From: a bacterium
Lineage (GTDB): Bacteria; Bacteroidota; Ignavibacteria; Kapaibacteriales; UBA2268
Reading direction: 5' to 3'
DNA: 64,000 nucleotides
NCBI GenBank assembly: GCA_037127915.1
Contig: JBAXXL010000023.1
Span: forward strand, 319-64,318
Shown: positions 8,792 to 19,168 of the stretch, piece by piece
Layout of the letters: every line of letters begins with the position of its first letter
How positions within the stretch are numbered: the stretch's first letter is position 1
The notes under the pieces: model-generated
The model's database searches: none
What the model saw: only the letters and a program-made list of their open reading frames with translations
What the model was told of the DNA's origin: nothing
Translations under genes and position numbers: made by a program

Positions 8792-11620
8792 ATGAAAATT
8801 TTCACATTAATAGCATTGTGCTTAATGCTTGTATTATCTTCGGTTAATCTATCTGCTCAAGATCCTTTAGCCGGTAAAAAAATGTCCGATGTAATCCCTA
8901 ACGACCCGACCGTACTTTATGGTAAGTTAGAAAACGGTATTACATATTACATTAAAGAAAACAAAAAGCCTGAAAAAAGAGCTGATTTACAAATTTTAGT
9001 TAAAGCCGGTTCACTAGATGAAGCAGACGACCAAGAAGGTTTAGCACATTTTGTAGAACACATGGCGTTTAACGGAACTAAAACATATCCAAAAAACGAA
9101 TTGGTTAGCTTTTTTGAAAAAATAGGTATGAGCTTTGGCGGAGATTTAAACGCAAGTACTGATTTCGACAGAACATATTATGTATTTAAAGTACCAACAA
9201 ATGATAAAAAAACAGTTGAACAAGGTTTTCAAGTTCTGGAAGATTGGCTGCATAATATGACATTCGATTCCACAGAATTGGAAAAAGAACGCGGAGTAAT
9301 TCACGAAGAATGGCGCGTTTACCGCGGTGCTCAAGACCGTGCCGACAGAAAGCACTATCCAATAATGCTCTACAATTCGAAATGGGCTAAACGTTTACCA
9401 ATTGGTGATACAACAGATATTTTGCACACTCCACGCCAACGTTTCTTGGATTTCTACAACACTTGGTACCGCCCAAATCAAACCGCAATTATTGCTGTAG
9501 GAGATTTCAAAAAAGATGATATACTAAAATTAATAAAGAAGAAGTTCGGTAAATTACAAAATCCGGCTAACTTTGTTGAAAGACCAACATTCCCTATTCC
9601 GTTGGACCACCAATTATTGACATCGGTATTTGTCGATAAAGAATGGTCCATGCCGCCATATTTCCAAATATATTATAAATTACCGGAAAGAGGCGAGCAA
9701 ACTTACGGCGATTATAAACGCCAATTATCGGAAAGATTGATTAGTGCAATGCTAACCCAACGTCTAAATGAATATATGCAAAAACCTGACGGTCCTTTTG
9801 CTTTCTATGCCGGTGGTGACGCCGGTAGCTTCTACGGAAATGTCTTTACTTTTACATTGTCCTGCTTAGCGAAACAAGACAAGATTTTAGAGGCTTATAC
9901 TACTTTATTAGCAGAAGGTTTCCGTGCTCAGCAACACGGATTTACAGAAGGTGAATTAAAACGCGCAAAAGCAGATATTGTAGCAGGTTTTGATGAAATG
10001 TACAATGAACGCGACAAAATCGAATCGGAAAGGTTTGCTGATGAATATTATACAAACTATATGAAAGGTACTTCATTTCCTGGTATAATTGCCGAAAAAA
10101 CCATTTATGATAAATATGTACCTGAAATTACATTACCAGAACTAAATTCGATGATGAAAGATTTGGTAAATACTAATTCAGTAGTTGTTACTTTTTCCGC
10201 ATTGGATAGCCCTGATTTGAAGGTTCCTACAGAAAGCGAATTAAAACTTATCTACAATATGGCAAAACAAATAGATTATACCCCTTACGTTGATAAAACG
10301 GTTGACAAACCATTAATGGCAAAAATACCAACACCTGGTAAAGTTGTTAAAGAAGAGTTAATTAAGGAAATAGATGCTGTAAAATGGACTCTATCAAACG
10401 GTGCTGAAGTGTATTTGAAAAAAACAGACTTCAAAAACGATGAGATAATGATGAATGCTTATGCGCCCGGTGGATTATCAGTTTTAAATTCTGCTGATTA
10501 CCGCAATGCTTCGCATTCAACTTCTATTATAAACGAATCCGGAATAGCTGAATTTGATAATGTTGAATTGCAAAAACTTTTGACCGGTAAACGCGTTGGT
10601 GTATCTCCAAGTATAAGCGAATTAACTCGCGGATTCAATGGCACGACTGTTCCAAAAGATTTGGAAACATTTATGCAATTAGTAAATCTATATATTACTA
10701 ATCCTCGTAAAGATGCTGAAGCATTCGAAATTTACAAGAAAAATGCAATTGATATGAATGAAAGTCAGCAAAAAGAACCACAAACAGCTCTAATGGATAC
10801 ATTTAGTGTTACATTATATAAAAACAATCCATTTAGAATGCCTGAAACTAAAAAAGAATTAGAAAATTTGAATTTGGATAAAGCATTCAATTTCTATAAA
10901 TCACAATTCGATGGTGTTGGTCAATTCAAGTTCTTTTTCGTTGGTGCAATAGATTTTACCGAAATGAAGAAAATGGTAGAAACTTATATTGCTTCTTTAC
11001 CTGCCGGAACTCCGAAAGTGTACAAAGATAATAATATCCGTATGGCAAAAGGCGAAATTTTCAAAAAAGTATATAAAGGTGTTGATCCTAAAGCTACATT
11101 CTATTTAGCAATGCCGGGCGAATTAGAATATACTTACGAAAACGTTTTTGCTATGAATGCACTCAGTGAATTATTGGATATTCGTTTGCGTGAAGAAGTA
11201 CGTGAAGAGAAAGGTGGAACTTATGGGATTAGTGTTTGGTCAACTCCTAACCATTTCCCTTTCCAGGATTACAAATATAATGTTTACTTTACAACCGCTC
11301 CGGAAAAATTGGAAGATTTGATACTAACAATTAAAAAAGTATTTACCGATATCAAATCCGGTAATTTTAAAGCCGATAATGTAGATAAAATTAAAGAATT
11401 ATTAACCCGTAAGAGAGAAACCGACAAAAAAGAAAATTCCTTCTGGTTAGGTACTATGTATTCGAGAATTTACAACGAGCAACCGTTTACAGTGGTAAAT
11501 GATTACGACAAATATGTCAAAGCCATTACAAAAGAATCTTTAGTAAAAACAGCTAATACATTCTTGAATGAGAAAAACTGGATTCAAGTTGTGCTATATC
11601 CAGAAGCTATGAAAAAATAA
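8792..11620 (+). CDS. M16 family zinc metallopeptidase (pitrilysin/insulinase-like, two-half architecture)
   Basis: 942 aa. Signal peptide. Inverted zinc-binding HxxEH motif HFVEHMAF with downstream Glu (EKERGVIHEE). Second inactive M16 half. Confidence 0.85.
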   Translation: MKIFTLIALCLMLVLSSVNLSAQDPLAGKKMSDVIPNDPTVLYGKLENGITYYIKENKKPEKRADLQILVKAGSLDEADDQEGLAHFVEHMAFNGTKTYPKNELVSFFEKIGMSFGGDLNASTDFDRTYYVFKVPTNDKKTVEQGFQVLEDWLHNMTFDSTELEKERGVIHEEWRVYRGAQDRADRKHYPIMLYNSKWAKRLPIGDTTDILHTPRQRFLDFYNTWYRPNQTAIIAVGDFKKDDILKLIKKKFGKLQNPANFVERPTFPIPLDHQLLTSVFVDKEWSMPPYFQIYYKLPERGEQTYGDYKRQLSERLISAMLTQRLNEYMQKPDGPFAFYAGGDAGSFYGNVFTFTLSCLAKQDKILEAYTTLLAEGFRAQQHGFTEGELKRAKADIVAGFDEMYNERDKIESERFADEYYTNYMKGTSFPGIIAEKTIYDKYVPEITLPELNSMMKDLVNTNSVVVTFSALDSPDLKVPTESELKLIYNMAKQIDYTPYVDKTVDKPLMAKIPTPGKVVKEELIKEIDAVKWTLSNGAEVYLKKTDFKNDEIMMNAYAPGGLSVLNSADYRNASHSTSIINESGIAEFDNVELQKLLTGKRVGVSPSISELTRGFNGTTVPKDLETFMQLVNLYITNPRKDAEAFEIYKKNAIDMNESQQKEPQTALMDTFSVTLYKNNPFRMPETKKELENLNLDKAFNFYKSQFDGVGQFKFFFVGAIDFTEMKKMVETYIASLPAGTPKVYKDNNIRMAKGEIFKKVYKGVDPKATFYLAMPGELEYTYENVFAMNALSELLDIRLREEVREEKGGTYGISVWSTPNHFPFQDYKYNVYFTTAPEKLEDLILTIKKVFTDIKSGNFKADNVDKIKELLTRKRETDKKENSFWLGTMYSRIYNEQPFTVVNDYDKYVKAITKESLVKTANTFLNEKNWIQVVLYPEAMKK

Positions 11621-11648
11621 GCTTTCGATGCAATTTATATTTTTTTTA

Positions 11649-11679
11649 AGGGGTGCAAATTTTGCGCTCCTTTTTTTTA
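11649..11679 (+). terminator. Rho-independent terminator after the M16 peptidase gene
   Basis: GGGGTGCAAA-tt-TTGCGCTCC stem followed by T8. Confidence 0.6.
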
Positions 11680-11689
11680 TGCATTCAAT

Positions 11690-11870
11690 TAATCGAAGAT
11701 GGATTCTTCACTCCGCTCAGAAAGACGAACTTCTTATATATCAAGCAGATACCTGTTTTCGCAGGTATGACGGCTTGCAATACCCCATTTTTCAAAGGGG
11801 GCTTGGGGGTTTTCTTCTCTTCTCATTTTCAACTTTCAATTTTCAATTTTCAATTAATTTTCACTAAGTT
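11690..11870 (-). repeat. Family-A modular intergenic repeat copy (inverted orientation; X and Y modules)
   Basis: The reverse complement contains GAGTGAAGAATCCATCTTCGATTAATTGAAT and AATTGAAAATTGAAAATTGAAAGTTGAAAATGAGAAGA, matching copies at 28540, 30300 and 57727. The two short ORFs called here (11628.., 11653..) are spurious. Confidence 0.6.
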
Positions 11871-11907
11871 TGTATTAGAAAATTAATAAAAATCCGAGAG
11901 AATTATT

Positions 11908-14634
11908 ATGAAAAGTTTTTTGATTATTTTGTGTTGTCTATTTGTCAACATAACTTTATATTCTCAAGGCTCTTCGCTTGATGATATAGTACCGAAACCA
12001 AAATTAGCTTATTACAAAACTTACAGTGCTATGTTTGGTATAAATAATAATACTGTCATTGTATTGAATAGCGAGAATCCTCAGTATTCAGCGGCTTATT
12101 TTCTTAACAAAAAGTTGAAAGAACGATACGTTATCGATACCAGTAAAATTTATCTCGACATGCCACCTGATAATTATGCAAATGTGATATATTTGGGTGT
12201 ATGCGATAGTAAAATAAACGATATGCTATCAAATGACTACGACCAGCCTTATAAAGTTAATAAAGATACACCGGGAAAAGAAGGTTATATTTTAGATGTA
12301 ATACCGGTGCGAATACTGATAAACGCAAGTGACGGCGAAGGTCTAATTAACGCGATTAGAACATTCACGCAAACACTTCTTCCCGGCGATGCTACGACAT
12401 TTGTTCGAGCATATCGCATAATAGATGTCCCGGATTACTCAAGACGCTGGGTTTACTTCCCTACAAATTTCTTAGTAGGTGCTAATACCACTGCCGCTAA
12501 ATCACAATGGAAACAATGGGCGGATTGGAAAATAAATGCCGTAAACCTGACCGATTATAAATTTGATTTTATTAGTACTCAACCGAAACGATACTTCGAT
12601 TCGCTAAGTTCTACTAATAAATTCGCAAAAGCGAACTTTTTGAATATAATTCCATCGACTATGTCTTGGGGATATTCGAACGGCATGATGTTTTTCGATC
12701 CGAATTTTGCAACCGGTTTGCCGGTAAATTTACAGAAATTTGTTATCAAAGCCGATACTGCTGAAATGGTTCCAACAGTAAAAACAACTTTGCCAAACGG
12801 CGATTTTGAAAATTATACAGGAAATAATTTCCCGGGATTTTTGTTTATTGATGGAGCTGGAACGCAAAGCTTTGCAGACAATTCAATCTTTAAGACCGGT
12901 AAAACTTCAATAAGGTTTGAGAATTTTGATGGTTCAAACGCGCGGGTTTGCTATCGTACTAAAGTCAGTCCTTTCAAAGAATATCTAATTTCCGGTTGGG
13001 TAAAAACCGAAAATGCTTCACCGGCTGGCGATATACGGCTAACAGTATTGAATAATAAAGGACAAACGTTGAATTATGCCAATTTGAATGTACCCACCAC
13101 AACTGACGGTTGGAAAAAAATTGATCTCATAGTAAATTCCTTATTAGGAGATACGATGACCGTTTATTTGGGCTTATGGGGAGCTGAGTCAGGTAAAATT
13201 TGGTGGGATGACCTGAAGGTAGAAGAAGCCGCTTTTGTGAATTTGATAAGACGTGAGGGAACACCTTTGAATGTAAACCATCAATATTTGGATGTTGTGA
13301 TTCGCGAAGGAATAGATTATGATACACTTGTGGATAAAAAACTCGGTGCCGCGGCGGGTTGGTTTGGTGAATTTGACACATATCACAAACCGCCGACATT
13401 GAAAATAAAAAATGATGGTATGCTGAAAAATGGCGATACTGTTTTAGCATCGTATTATCACGCTATCACGGTTTATGATGGACAGGTTATGGTTACTATG
13501 TCTGACGATAATCTTTATAAACAAGTGGATAGGGAGTTTCGGCTTTTAGATAGCGTATTGAAGGCAGAAACGTATTTTATGAATCACGACGAATTGCGGG
13601 TAATGAATTGGGATTACGGTGACCAAAGCCGAGGAATATCAGCAAAAGAAATATTAGCGGATAATGTGCACAAATCAATAGATATAATACACAAATACAA
13701 TCCCGAAGCCGATGTATGGGATTGGTCCGATATGTTCGATAATTTTCACAACGCGACTAAGAATTACTATTTAGTAAATGGTGATTTAACTGGTGTAGCG
13801 GATTTGATTCCGAATTCAATGGGCATAGTTAATTGGAATTCAGGTAAGTTATCGAACAGCACTGATTTCTTTGCCGGAAAAGGTTTTAGGCAAATATCTG
13901 CGCCATATTACGATACAGACCAAAATGATATAAGGATATGGAAAGAAAAAACTCAAGGCATTGCCAATTTCGAAGGAATGATGTACACTACTTGGTCACG
14001 AAATTACAATTATGTGAAACATTTTGCCGAATATGGATGGAACCACGCGCCTTATATAACGCATATTCCTCTTTGGGGGATTGAACCCAATAGAAAGCTG
14101 AGCTTCGATGTGCAGATTATCGGTGATGATATGGACAACGGTTGGAAACTTGCAACTGCTAAATTATACTACAGAACCGATGCGAAAGGAAACTTCGTCG
14201 CTAAGAATTTGCATCTTGTTAATAACGCGGCAAATTTAGAAATTGATTTAACAAATGACAATGCATATTTAGAATATTATATCGAAGCTACTGACAATCG
14301 CGGGTGGACTAAGCGCAATCCATTGGAAGCGGATAGATATTACACCCTTGGGACAACGACAAGTGTAAAAGAAGACAATATGAGCCAAGAGTTGCTTATA
14401 TCACCAAATCCGGCAGGAGATTATATTGATATAGAGTTATCAGCAATCAACCCCAAGCTTAAACGTGGGGTTGATGAAACACAAAAAATCTATATTTATA
14501 ATGTTTTAGGAGAAATGGTCTTATCTGTAGGGACAGATCGCGACCTGTCCGCTCGGATAGATATTTCATCATTGTCTAAAGGGCTATATATGGTAAAATA
14601 TGGTCAAAATACTGCTAGGTTTCTGAAAATATAG
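11908..14634 (+). CDS. Large secreted protein with T9SS C-terminal sorting domain (function unknown)
   Basis: 908 aa. Signal peptide. The sorting domain (SPNPAGDYIDIELSAINPKLKRGVDE...LSVGTDRDLSARIDISSLSKGLYMV) is paralogous to that of 49900..51294. Confidence 0.65.
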   Translation: MKSFLIILCCLFVNITLYSQGSSLDDIVPKPKLAYYKTYSAMFGINNNTVIVLNSENPQYSAAYFLNKKLKERYVIDTSKIYLDMPPDNYANVIYLGVCDSKINDMLSNDYDQPYKVNKDTPGKEGYILDVIPVRILINASDGEGLINAIRTFTQTLLPGDATTFVRAYRIIDVPDYSRRWVYFPTNFLVGANTTAAKSQWKQWADWKINAVNLTDYKFDFISTQPKRYFDSLSSTNKFAKANFLNIIPSTMSWGYSNGMMFFDPNFATGLPVNLQKFVIKADTAEMVPTVKTTLPNGDFENYTGNNFPGFLFIDGAGTQSFADNSIFKTGKTSIRFENFDGSNARVCYRTKVSPFKEYLISGWVKTENASPAGDIRLTVLNNKGQTLNYANLNVPTTTDGWKKIDLIVNSLLGDTMTVYLGLWGAESGKIWWDDLKVEEAAFVNLIRREGTPLNVNHQYLDVVIREGIDYDTLVDKKLGAAAGWFGEFDTYHKPPTLKIKNDGMLKNGDTVLASYYHAITVYDGQVMVTMSDDNLYKQVDREFRLLDSVLKAETYFMNHDELRVMNWDYGDQSRGISAKEILADNVHKSIDIIHKYNPEADVWDWSDMFDNFHNATKNYYLVNGDLTGVADLIPNSMGIVNWNSGKLSNSTDFFAGKGFRQISAPYYDTDQNDIRIWKEKTQGIANFEGMMYTTWSRNYNYVKHFAEYGWNHAPYITHIPLWGIEPNRKLSFDVQIIGDDMDNGWKLATAKLYYRTDAKGNFVAKNLHLVNNAANLEIDLTNDNAYLEYYIEATDNRGWTKRNPLEADRYYTLGTTTSVKEDNMSQELLISPNPAGDYIDIELSAINPKLKRGVDETQKIYIYNVLGEMVLSVGTDRDLSARIDISSLSKGLYMVKYGQNTARFLKI

Positions 14635-14643
14635 GCATAAGTA

Positions 14644-14676
14644 AACCTTCCGCAGGTTTGAAACCTGCGGAAGGTT
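14644..14676 (+). terminator. Perfect 15-bp stem hairpin (AACCTTCCGCAGGTT-tga-AACCTGCGGAAGGTT) just after the stop of 11908..14634
   Basis: Seen directly. Starts 10 nt after the stop codon. The following tract is A-rich rather than T-rich, so it could act for either strand or as a structural element. Confidence 0.5.
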
Positions 14677-14788
14677 ATAAAAAACAAAATAATTATCAAT
14701 GATAAATTATTAATTAATAATGCGAAGAGAAGAAGAATTCACCGCAAAGACGCAGAGATGCTAAGAATCATTAGAGGATTAAAAGAAT

Positions 14789-14840
14789 GCCGGTCATCTC
14801 GACTTCGCTAGATGACCGGCTCTTTTCTTCTCATTTTTAT
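14789..14840 (+). terminator. GCCGGTCATCT hairpin plus T-rich tract (terminator-like)
   Basis: Perfect 11-bp stem (GCCGGTCATCT / AGATGACCGGC), 10-nt loop, followed by TCTTTTCTTCTCATTTTT. Shares the GCCGGTCA stem core with the hairpin at 36219. Confidence 0.5.
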
Positions 14841-14867
14841 TTTTCAAATTGTTTATATTTTTCTTAA

Positions 14868-15058
14868 AAACCTTATTTCCAGTACAACCTTAGTAGAAAA
14901 ATATTATTTCGGTGTATCTTCCTAACCTTATTACCTTATCTAGAATTTATCTTTTTCTGATAAAATTTTAAAACAATTCCAATTATATTTTTATAAGGTT
15001 GTAAAATCTGACTTTACATTGCTTTTTGCTACTAAGGTTATATGTTAAATAAGGTTAT
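14868..15058. repeat. AACCTTA-heptamer cluster element with 11-bp terminal inverted repeats (AACCTTAGTAG / CTACTAAGGTT)
   Basis: Six AACCTTA/TAAGGTT heptamers. Outer inverted repeats at 14886-14896 and 15029-15039. Copies at 29398-29530 and 30478-30611. Confidence 0.55.
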
Positions 15059-15122
15059 TTTATTGTTTGTCAATTATAATTTCCAATTGCTAAAGGTGGA
15101 TTCTTCGCTTTTCAACTATCAA

Positions 15123-18100
15123 CTATTTAATAACCACCAGCTCCCTAGTTATAAATCCCGAAGGTGTGATAATCGTAATGTAATATGTTCCGCTTGTTAA
15201 ATGCTCCGCATTTATCTCATATCTCGTTTCGCCTTGTGATAAACGAATAGGATCTGTCTTAATTATTTTCCCTTCAGCAGTAGTGATTTGTATTTTCGCA
15301 TCGCACGTTTCAGCATAGTTTATAATTAGTTCAGCATTATTGCCCGTTGGATTCGGATAAAGTTTGATTGAGCTGAAGAGTTCGCATTCTTTAACAGATG
15401 TTGCGGCTGTTGTGTAATGCCAAGTTTCACTCCAAGGCGTTGTGTATTGTTTGCTCACACCTTTGACACGCCAGAAATAATCTGTACTTACTTCTAAATC
15501 TGCTTTCGAAAGTGTCCATTTGGTGTCAACAATTGAATCTTTATCGAATATCACATTCACAAAGTCTTCATCTGTTGCAACTTGCAGATTATAATATTCG
15601 GCTGTAGTTGCCGGGAACCACAATAAAAGCGTCGGAATATTCACACCGGTACTGCCGGTTTTAGGATTCCGTAGTACAAGTGTTACCTTACCCGTTGTAA
15701 AAGTCCAAACATTTGACCATTGCGAAGTGCCGAATGATTCTTCATTCCAAGCTCTAACACGCCAATAATATAGTATTTCCGGTTCCAATTCTTCAACGTA
15801 TTGTTCAGTTTTGGTCAACGAGTCCATAGAGTAAACCATATCGGTAAATAATTCATTTTTTGATATTTGCAATTGATAGAATTTAGAACCAATGACCTCA
15901 TACCATCTGAATTTTATCGTTGTGGATTGATCTTTAGATTTATCGGGTGGATTGAGTAAATTTGCTGATTGGATACCGGATTTAAATGACCGTATTTCCG
16001 ACCATAGCCCAAAACGCTGACCAACTACCAATCTAACTCGCCAAAAATAGTTTTTGTAATATTCCAATTTATTGGTCTGGAATTCGAGTATGTTTTTTAC
16101 TATTTGATCGTCAACAGTTGTTTTAAAATCCACTTCTTTGGAGATTTGAATTTGAAATTCGCTTCCCGCAACGTGTTCCATCCATGTAAATTTGGCATCT
16201 ATAGGCACATTAACTTTTTGGTTTTCTGGATAAATCAATTCAACCGCTTTTAATGAAGTGCTGAATGTCCATATATCGGAGTAATCGCTTGTCCCTTCAC
16301 TGTTAACTGAGCTAACATGCCAATAATATTCAGTCTCAGCGAGCATATTGTCAATAATTTTAAATGTATCCGCACCAGTACTACCTTCGAAAAATAAATC
16401 CGTGAACGCAGAATCCTTAGCAACTTGAATGAAATATGTTAGAGCTTCAGCGGATTTGTGCCAATTGAATTGCTCCGAAAGCTGTTTATCAATCGAATTA
16501 TTTTCGGGATATATTAATTTAGGAGGCCCCATTACGGTACGGAAGTTCCAAACTTCGGACCAGCGGCTTACATTATCTTTAGTGAATGCTTTAACCCTCC
16601 AATAATACTTAGTTAATCCATTTAATTTACTTGTGGTTATTGTAGTGTCGGGGTAGTTGTTTTGTTCAAACACTAATTTATCAAAGTTTTCATCTTCAGC
16701 TACTTGAATTTGGTAATTGGTTGAACCTACTATTTTATGCCATACTAATTCAGCGGACCGCGGAACTGACACTTTACCTTTTTCAGGACTTATCAAAATT
16801 GGCGGCTCCAAACCGATTGTAAATGTTTGTTTTTCTGTCCATTTGCTTCGAGCAGAATGAGTTTTACTGCGTATCCGCCAATAAAAATCGCTACCGTAAA
16901 ACAAATTTAGTACGACTTTACAAACACTGTCACCCGTTACATTTATTTCGAATGGATCAGGAAATTCTTCAATTTGGTCGAATTGTAACTCATATTCTTC
17001 GGCTAATGGAACAGTTTTCCAGGACATTATAGGATTTATTTCCTCGCCTTTTTGGCCATCTTTTGGTGCTATTATAACTGGCGGTTGGAGAGCTTTGCGA
17101 TTAAGAACCTTATACAAAGCATTTGTCCAAATGTAAGTATAGCCACTATAATCGGTACATATTCCACGGACTCGATCCATATTATAGCATCCCTTCATAG
17201 CCTGCCAACTCATTCCATTATTAGAAGCTGTGTATAGTTCATACAGAATTCCTTGATTTGATGTGCTGATTTGGATTGAAACAAAGAAGTCGCCATATAA
17301 ATCCACTTCAATATTTTTGATACTCCAACCATAGTTTGGAACCAAAATATCCGGTTTGAAATTGATCTGCTTCCAAGTCGAACTGAAATTCTGTGTGTAA
17401 TAGATTTTATTATCGCTAGTATTATAATAATATTGATTCCCGTCTTTTCCATAAACTAATTTCACTGAAGGTTTTATAAATACATGTTGATATGAAAGGC
17501 CGTGGTCTATGGATTTAACAAAATTTTCATTCTGGTTCATATACCAATTAGATTCTTTGTCAATAAATAAATTATCTAAAGCCGTTATTCCATAATCAGT
17601 AACGACCCACGATGCTCCAAAGTCATTTGATACATATAAACGATTATCAAATTCCAAGTATGGTTTTGGTATGCCAGGTGGCTGAGTGATGGTATCAGGA
17701 ACAAGATATGTAAATGTAGCAACTAATTTTTTTGCCAAAGTATCATATTCGATAAAATTAAATTCCCAGTATTTTTCTTTTTTCTCCGGTACCGTTAGCA
17801 ATTTATTGAAAGTTTTACCTCCGTCAATTGAACCATATAAACCTTCATCAGCGGCAATAAACATATTCCCTTCCGGAGTGATTTCTACATCATTTATTTT
17901 ACGACATCTAAAGGTACTTAAATAAGTCCAGTCATTTCCATGATTAATTGACTTATAAACTTTTCGTGAATCATAACCGGTTTTAGTAAATAAAATCAAA
18001 GAGTTGTCGTAATCACTTGTGTATAAATTGAGTTGATCTTCATATCCGGGAAAAACATTTTTGTCTTCCTCTGTGATTTTTTTGGCACATATTGTCCAAT

Positions 18101-19088
18101 GTTCTCCGTTATCTGTGCTTCGAGTAACATCACCTAAAGTGCGAGTTGCTAAAATAGTCCCGTTTGGAGAAACAGCGCAGGCTGTTATTCCAAGAGCAAA
18201 TTCTCCTGTATTTTGCCAGCAATTCCATATATCGTCCCAAAAATACATTCCCGCAGAACGTGTACCCATCAGCATTTGATATCGATTTACACCAACTGCC
18301 ACAACTGCAGTATCTAACAAAGGTCCAATGTCATTTAATTGATAGTGATGGTAATTATTAGGATAAGTATTCCAAGTCATACCGTCGCCCGAAAACATTA
18401 CTCCTCCACCATTTGTAGCGGCATAAATTTTTCCGGATTCGTCTTCGGCAAAATCGTTCAAGAAATAATTTTTCAATTCAGTATTTGACAAAACCCAACT
18501 TTTACAAGTGTCCCGTGAGGCATAGACTCCCCCGCCCGCAGTACCGGCAAGAATTCTGCCGTTTCGCATATATAGCAAGCAGGTAACGTTATCATTCCTC
18601 AGACCTTTGTCGGTTCTTGTCCAATTATCACCATTATCATCGGAATAATAAATTCCACCACCATAAGTTCCGCAAATCACTTTACCTTTATTAGTAACTG
18701 TCAAAGCCTGAACATACAAATTTTTCAAACCGTTGTTTTTTTGAGCCCACGTTGCGGCATTATCTTTTGAATAGTATATTCCTTCACCAAAAGTTGCAAC
18801 ATACAAATCCTTATTGGGTGCAATAATTATATCTTTTATACAAGGATTTTCAATTGGAAAAGTAGTCAATTTAACCCATTTTGTACCGCCATCATACGAT
18901 ACATATAGACCGGCACCATTGGTGCCGGCATATACAATTTGGTCGGTTTTGAACTTAAGCACTTCAACTTCGACACCAGTAGGAATAGTGACACGACCCA
19001 TAAAATCTTCCGGTGCACGGGGTATTGCACGTAGATTAAGATTAGTTGATAGGAGCAATAAAAATAAAATAATAGATAAATTCTTCAT
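15123..19088 (-). CDS. Giant T9SS cargo protein: BNR/Asp-box beta-propeller region, six tandem ~95-aa Fn3-like repeats (YYWRV motif) and a sorting domain
   Basis: 1321 aa. Asp-box motifs (SYDGGTKW, SKDNAATW, SDDNGDNW, STDNGEHW, SIDGGKTF). Six repeats, each ending ...YYW(R/H)V...W.F.T. Sorting domain KLYPNPTGNNAEL...GTYYITIITPSG. Inverted paralog of 32238..36194. Confidence 0.7.
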   Translation of the reverse strand: MKNLSIILFLLLLSTNLNLRAIPRAPEDFMGRVTIPTGVEVEVLKFKTDQIVYAGTNGAGLYVSYDGGTKWVKLTTFPIENPCIKDIIIAPNKDLYVATFGEGIYYSKDNAATWAQKNNGLKNLYVQALTVTNKGKVICGTYGGGIYYSDDNGDNWTRTDKGLRNDNVTCLLYMRNGRILAGTAGGGVYASRDTCKSWVLSNTELKNYFLNDFAEDESGKIYAATNGGGVMFSGDGMTWNTYPNNYHHYQLNDIGPLLDTAVVAVGVNRYQMLMGTRSAGMYFWDDIWNCWQNTGEFALGITACAVSPNGTILATRTLGDVTRSTDNGEHWTICAKKITEEDKNVFPGYEDQLNLYTSDYDNSLILFTKTGYDSRKVYKSINHGNDWTYLSTFRCRKINDVEITPEGNMFIAADEGLYGSIDGGKTFNKLLTVPEKKEKYWEFNFIEYDTLAKKLVATFTYLVPDTITQPPGIPKPYLEFDNRLYVSNDFGASWVVTDYGITALDNLFIDKESNWYMNQNENFVKSIDHGLSYQHVFIKPSVKLVYGKDGNQYYYNTSDNKIYYTQNFSSTWKQINFKPDILVPNYGWSIKNIEVDLYGDFFVSIQISTSNQGILYELYTASNNGMSWQAMKGCYNMDRVRGICTDYSGYTYIWTNALYKVLNRKALQPPVIIAPKDGQKGEEINPIMSWKTVPLAEEYELQFDQIEEFPDPFEINVTGDSVCKVVLNLFYGSDFYWRIRSKTHSARSKWTEKQTFTIGLEPPILISPEKGKVSVPRSAELVWHKIVGSTNYQIQVAEDENFDKLVFEQNNYPDTTITTSKLNGLTKYYWRVKAFTKDNVSRWSEVWNFRTVMGPPKLIYPENNSIDKQLSEQFNWHKSAEALTYFIQVAKDSAFTDLFFEGSTGADTFKIIDNMLAETEYYWHVSSVNSEGTSDYSDIWTFSTSLKAVELIYPENQKVNVPIDAKFTWMEHVAGSEFQIQISKEVDFKTTVDDQIVKNILEFQTNKLEYYKNYFWRVRLVVGQRFGLWSEIRSFKSGIQSANLLNPPDKSKDQSTTIKFRWYEVIGSKFYQLQISKNELFTDMVYSMDSLTKTEQYVEELEPEILYYWRVRAWNEESFGTSQWSNVWTFTTGKVTLVLRNPKTGSTGVNIPTLLLWFPATTAEYYNLQVATDEDFVNVIFDKDSIVDTKWTLSKADLEVSTDYFWRVKGVSKQYTTPWSETWHYTTAATSVKECELFSSIKLYPNPTGNNAELIINYAETCDAKIQITTAEGKIIKTDPIRLSQGETRYEINAEHLTSGTYYITIITPSGFITRELVVIK

Positions 19089-19168
19089 ATATTCACCAAA
19101 AATATAATTATAAACGCACTATACCTTGATTAACACATATTTTGAAATTTTGTTACATTATTTTACAA

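Noticed and set aside
11628-11886. ORFs 11628..11867 and 11653..11886 (79 and 77 aa)
   Set aside because: They lie wholly within the family-A intergenic repeat copy (inverted orientation). They have low-complexity, F/L-rich translations. They overlap the M16 terminator.
18061-18279. Antisense ORFs 18061..18279, 18164..18361 and 33047..33355 with identical peptide stretches
   Set aside because: They lie inside the near-identical gene-conversion block of the giant paralogs, on the opposite strand. They are an artefact of DNA identity, not genes.
18814-19107. Plus-strand 97-aa ORF, and the similar minus-strand ORF 32150..32377, with matching peptides (NLSTSTSTPVG...NKNKIIDKFFIYSPK)
   Set aside because: Both are antisense or upstream to the 5' ends of the inverted paralogs 15123..19088 and 32238..36194. 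Their similarity only mirrors the duplicated promoter and 5' DNA. They have no independent coding signal.
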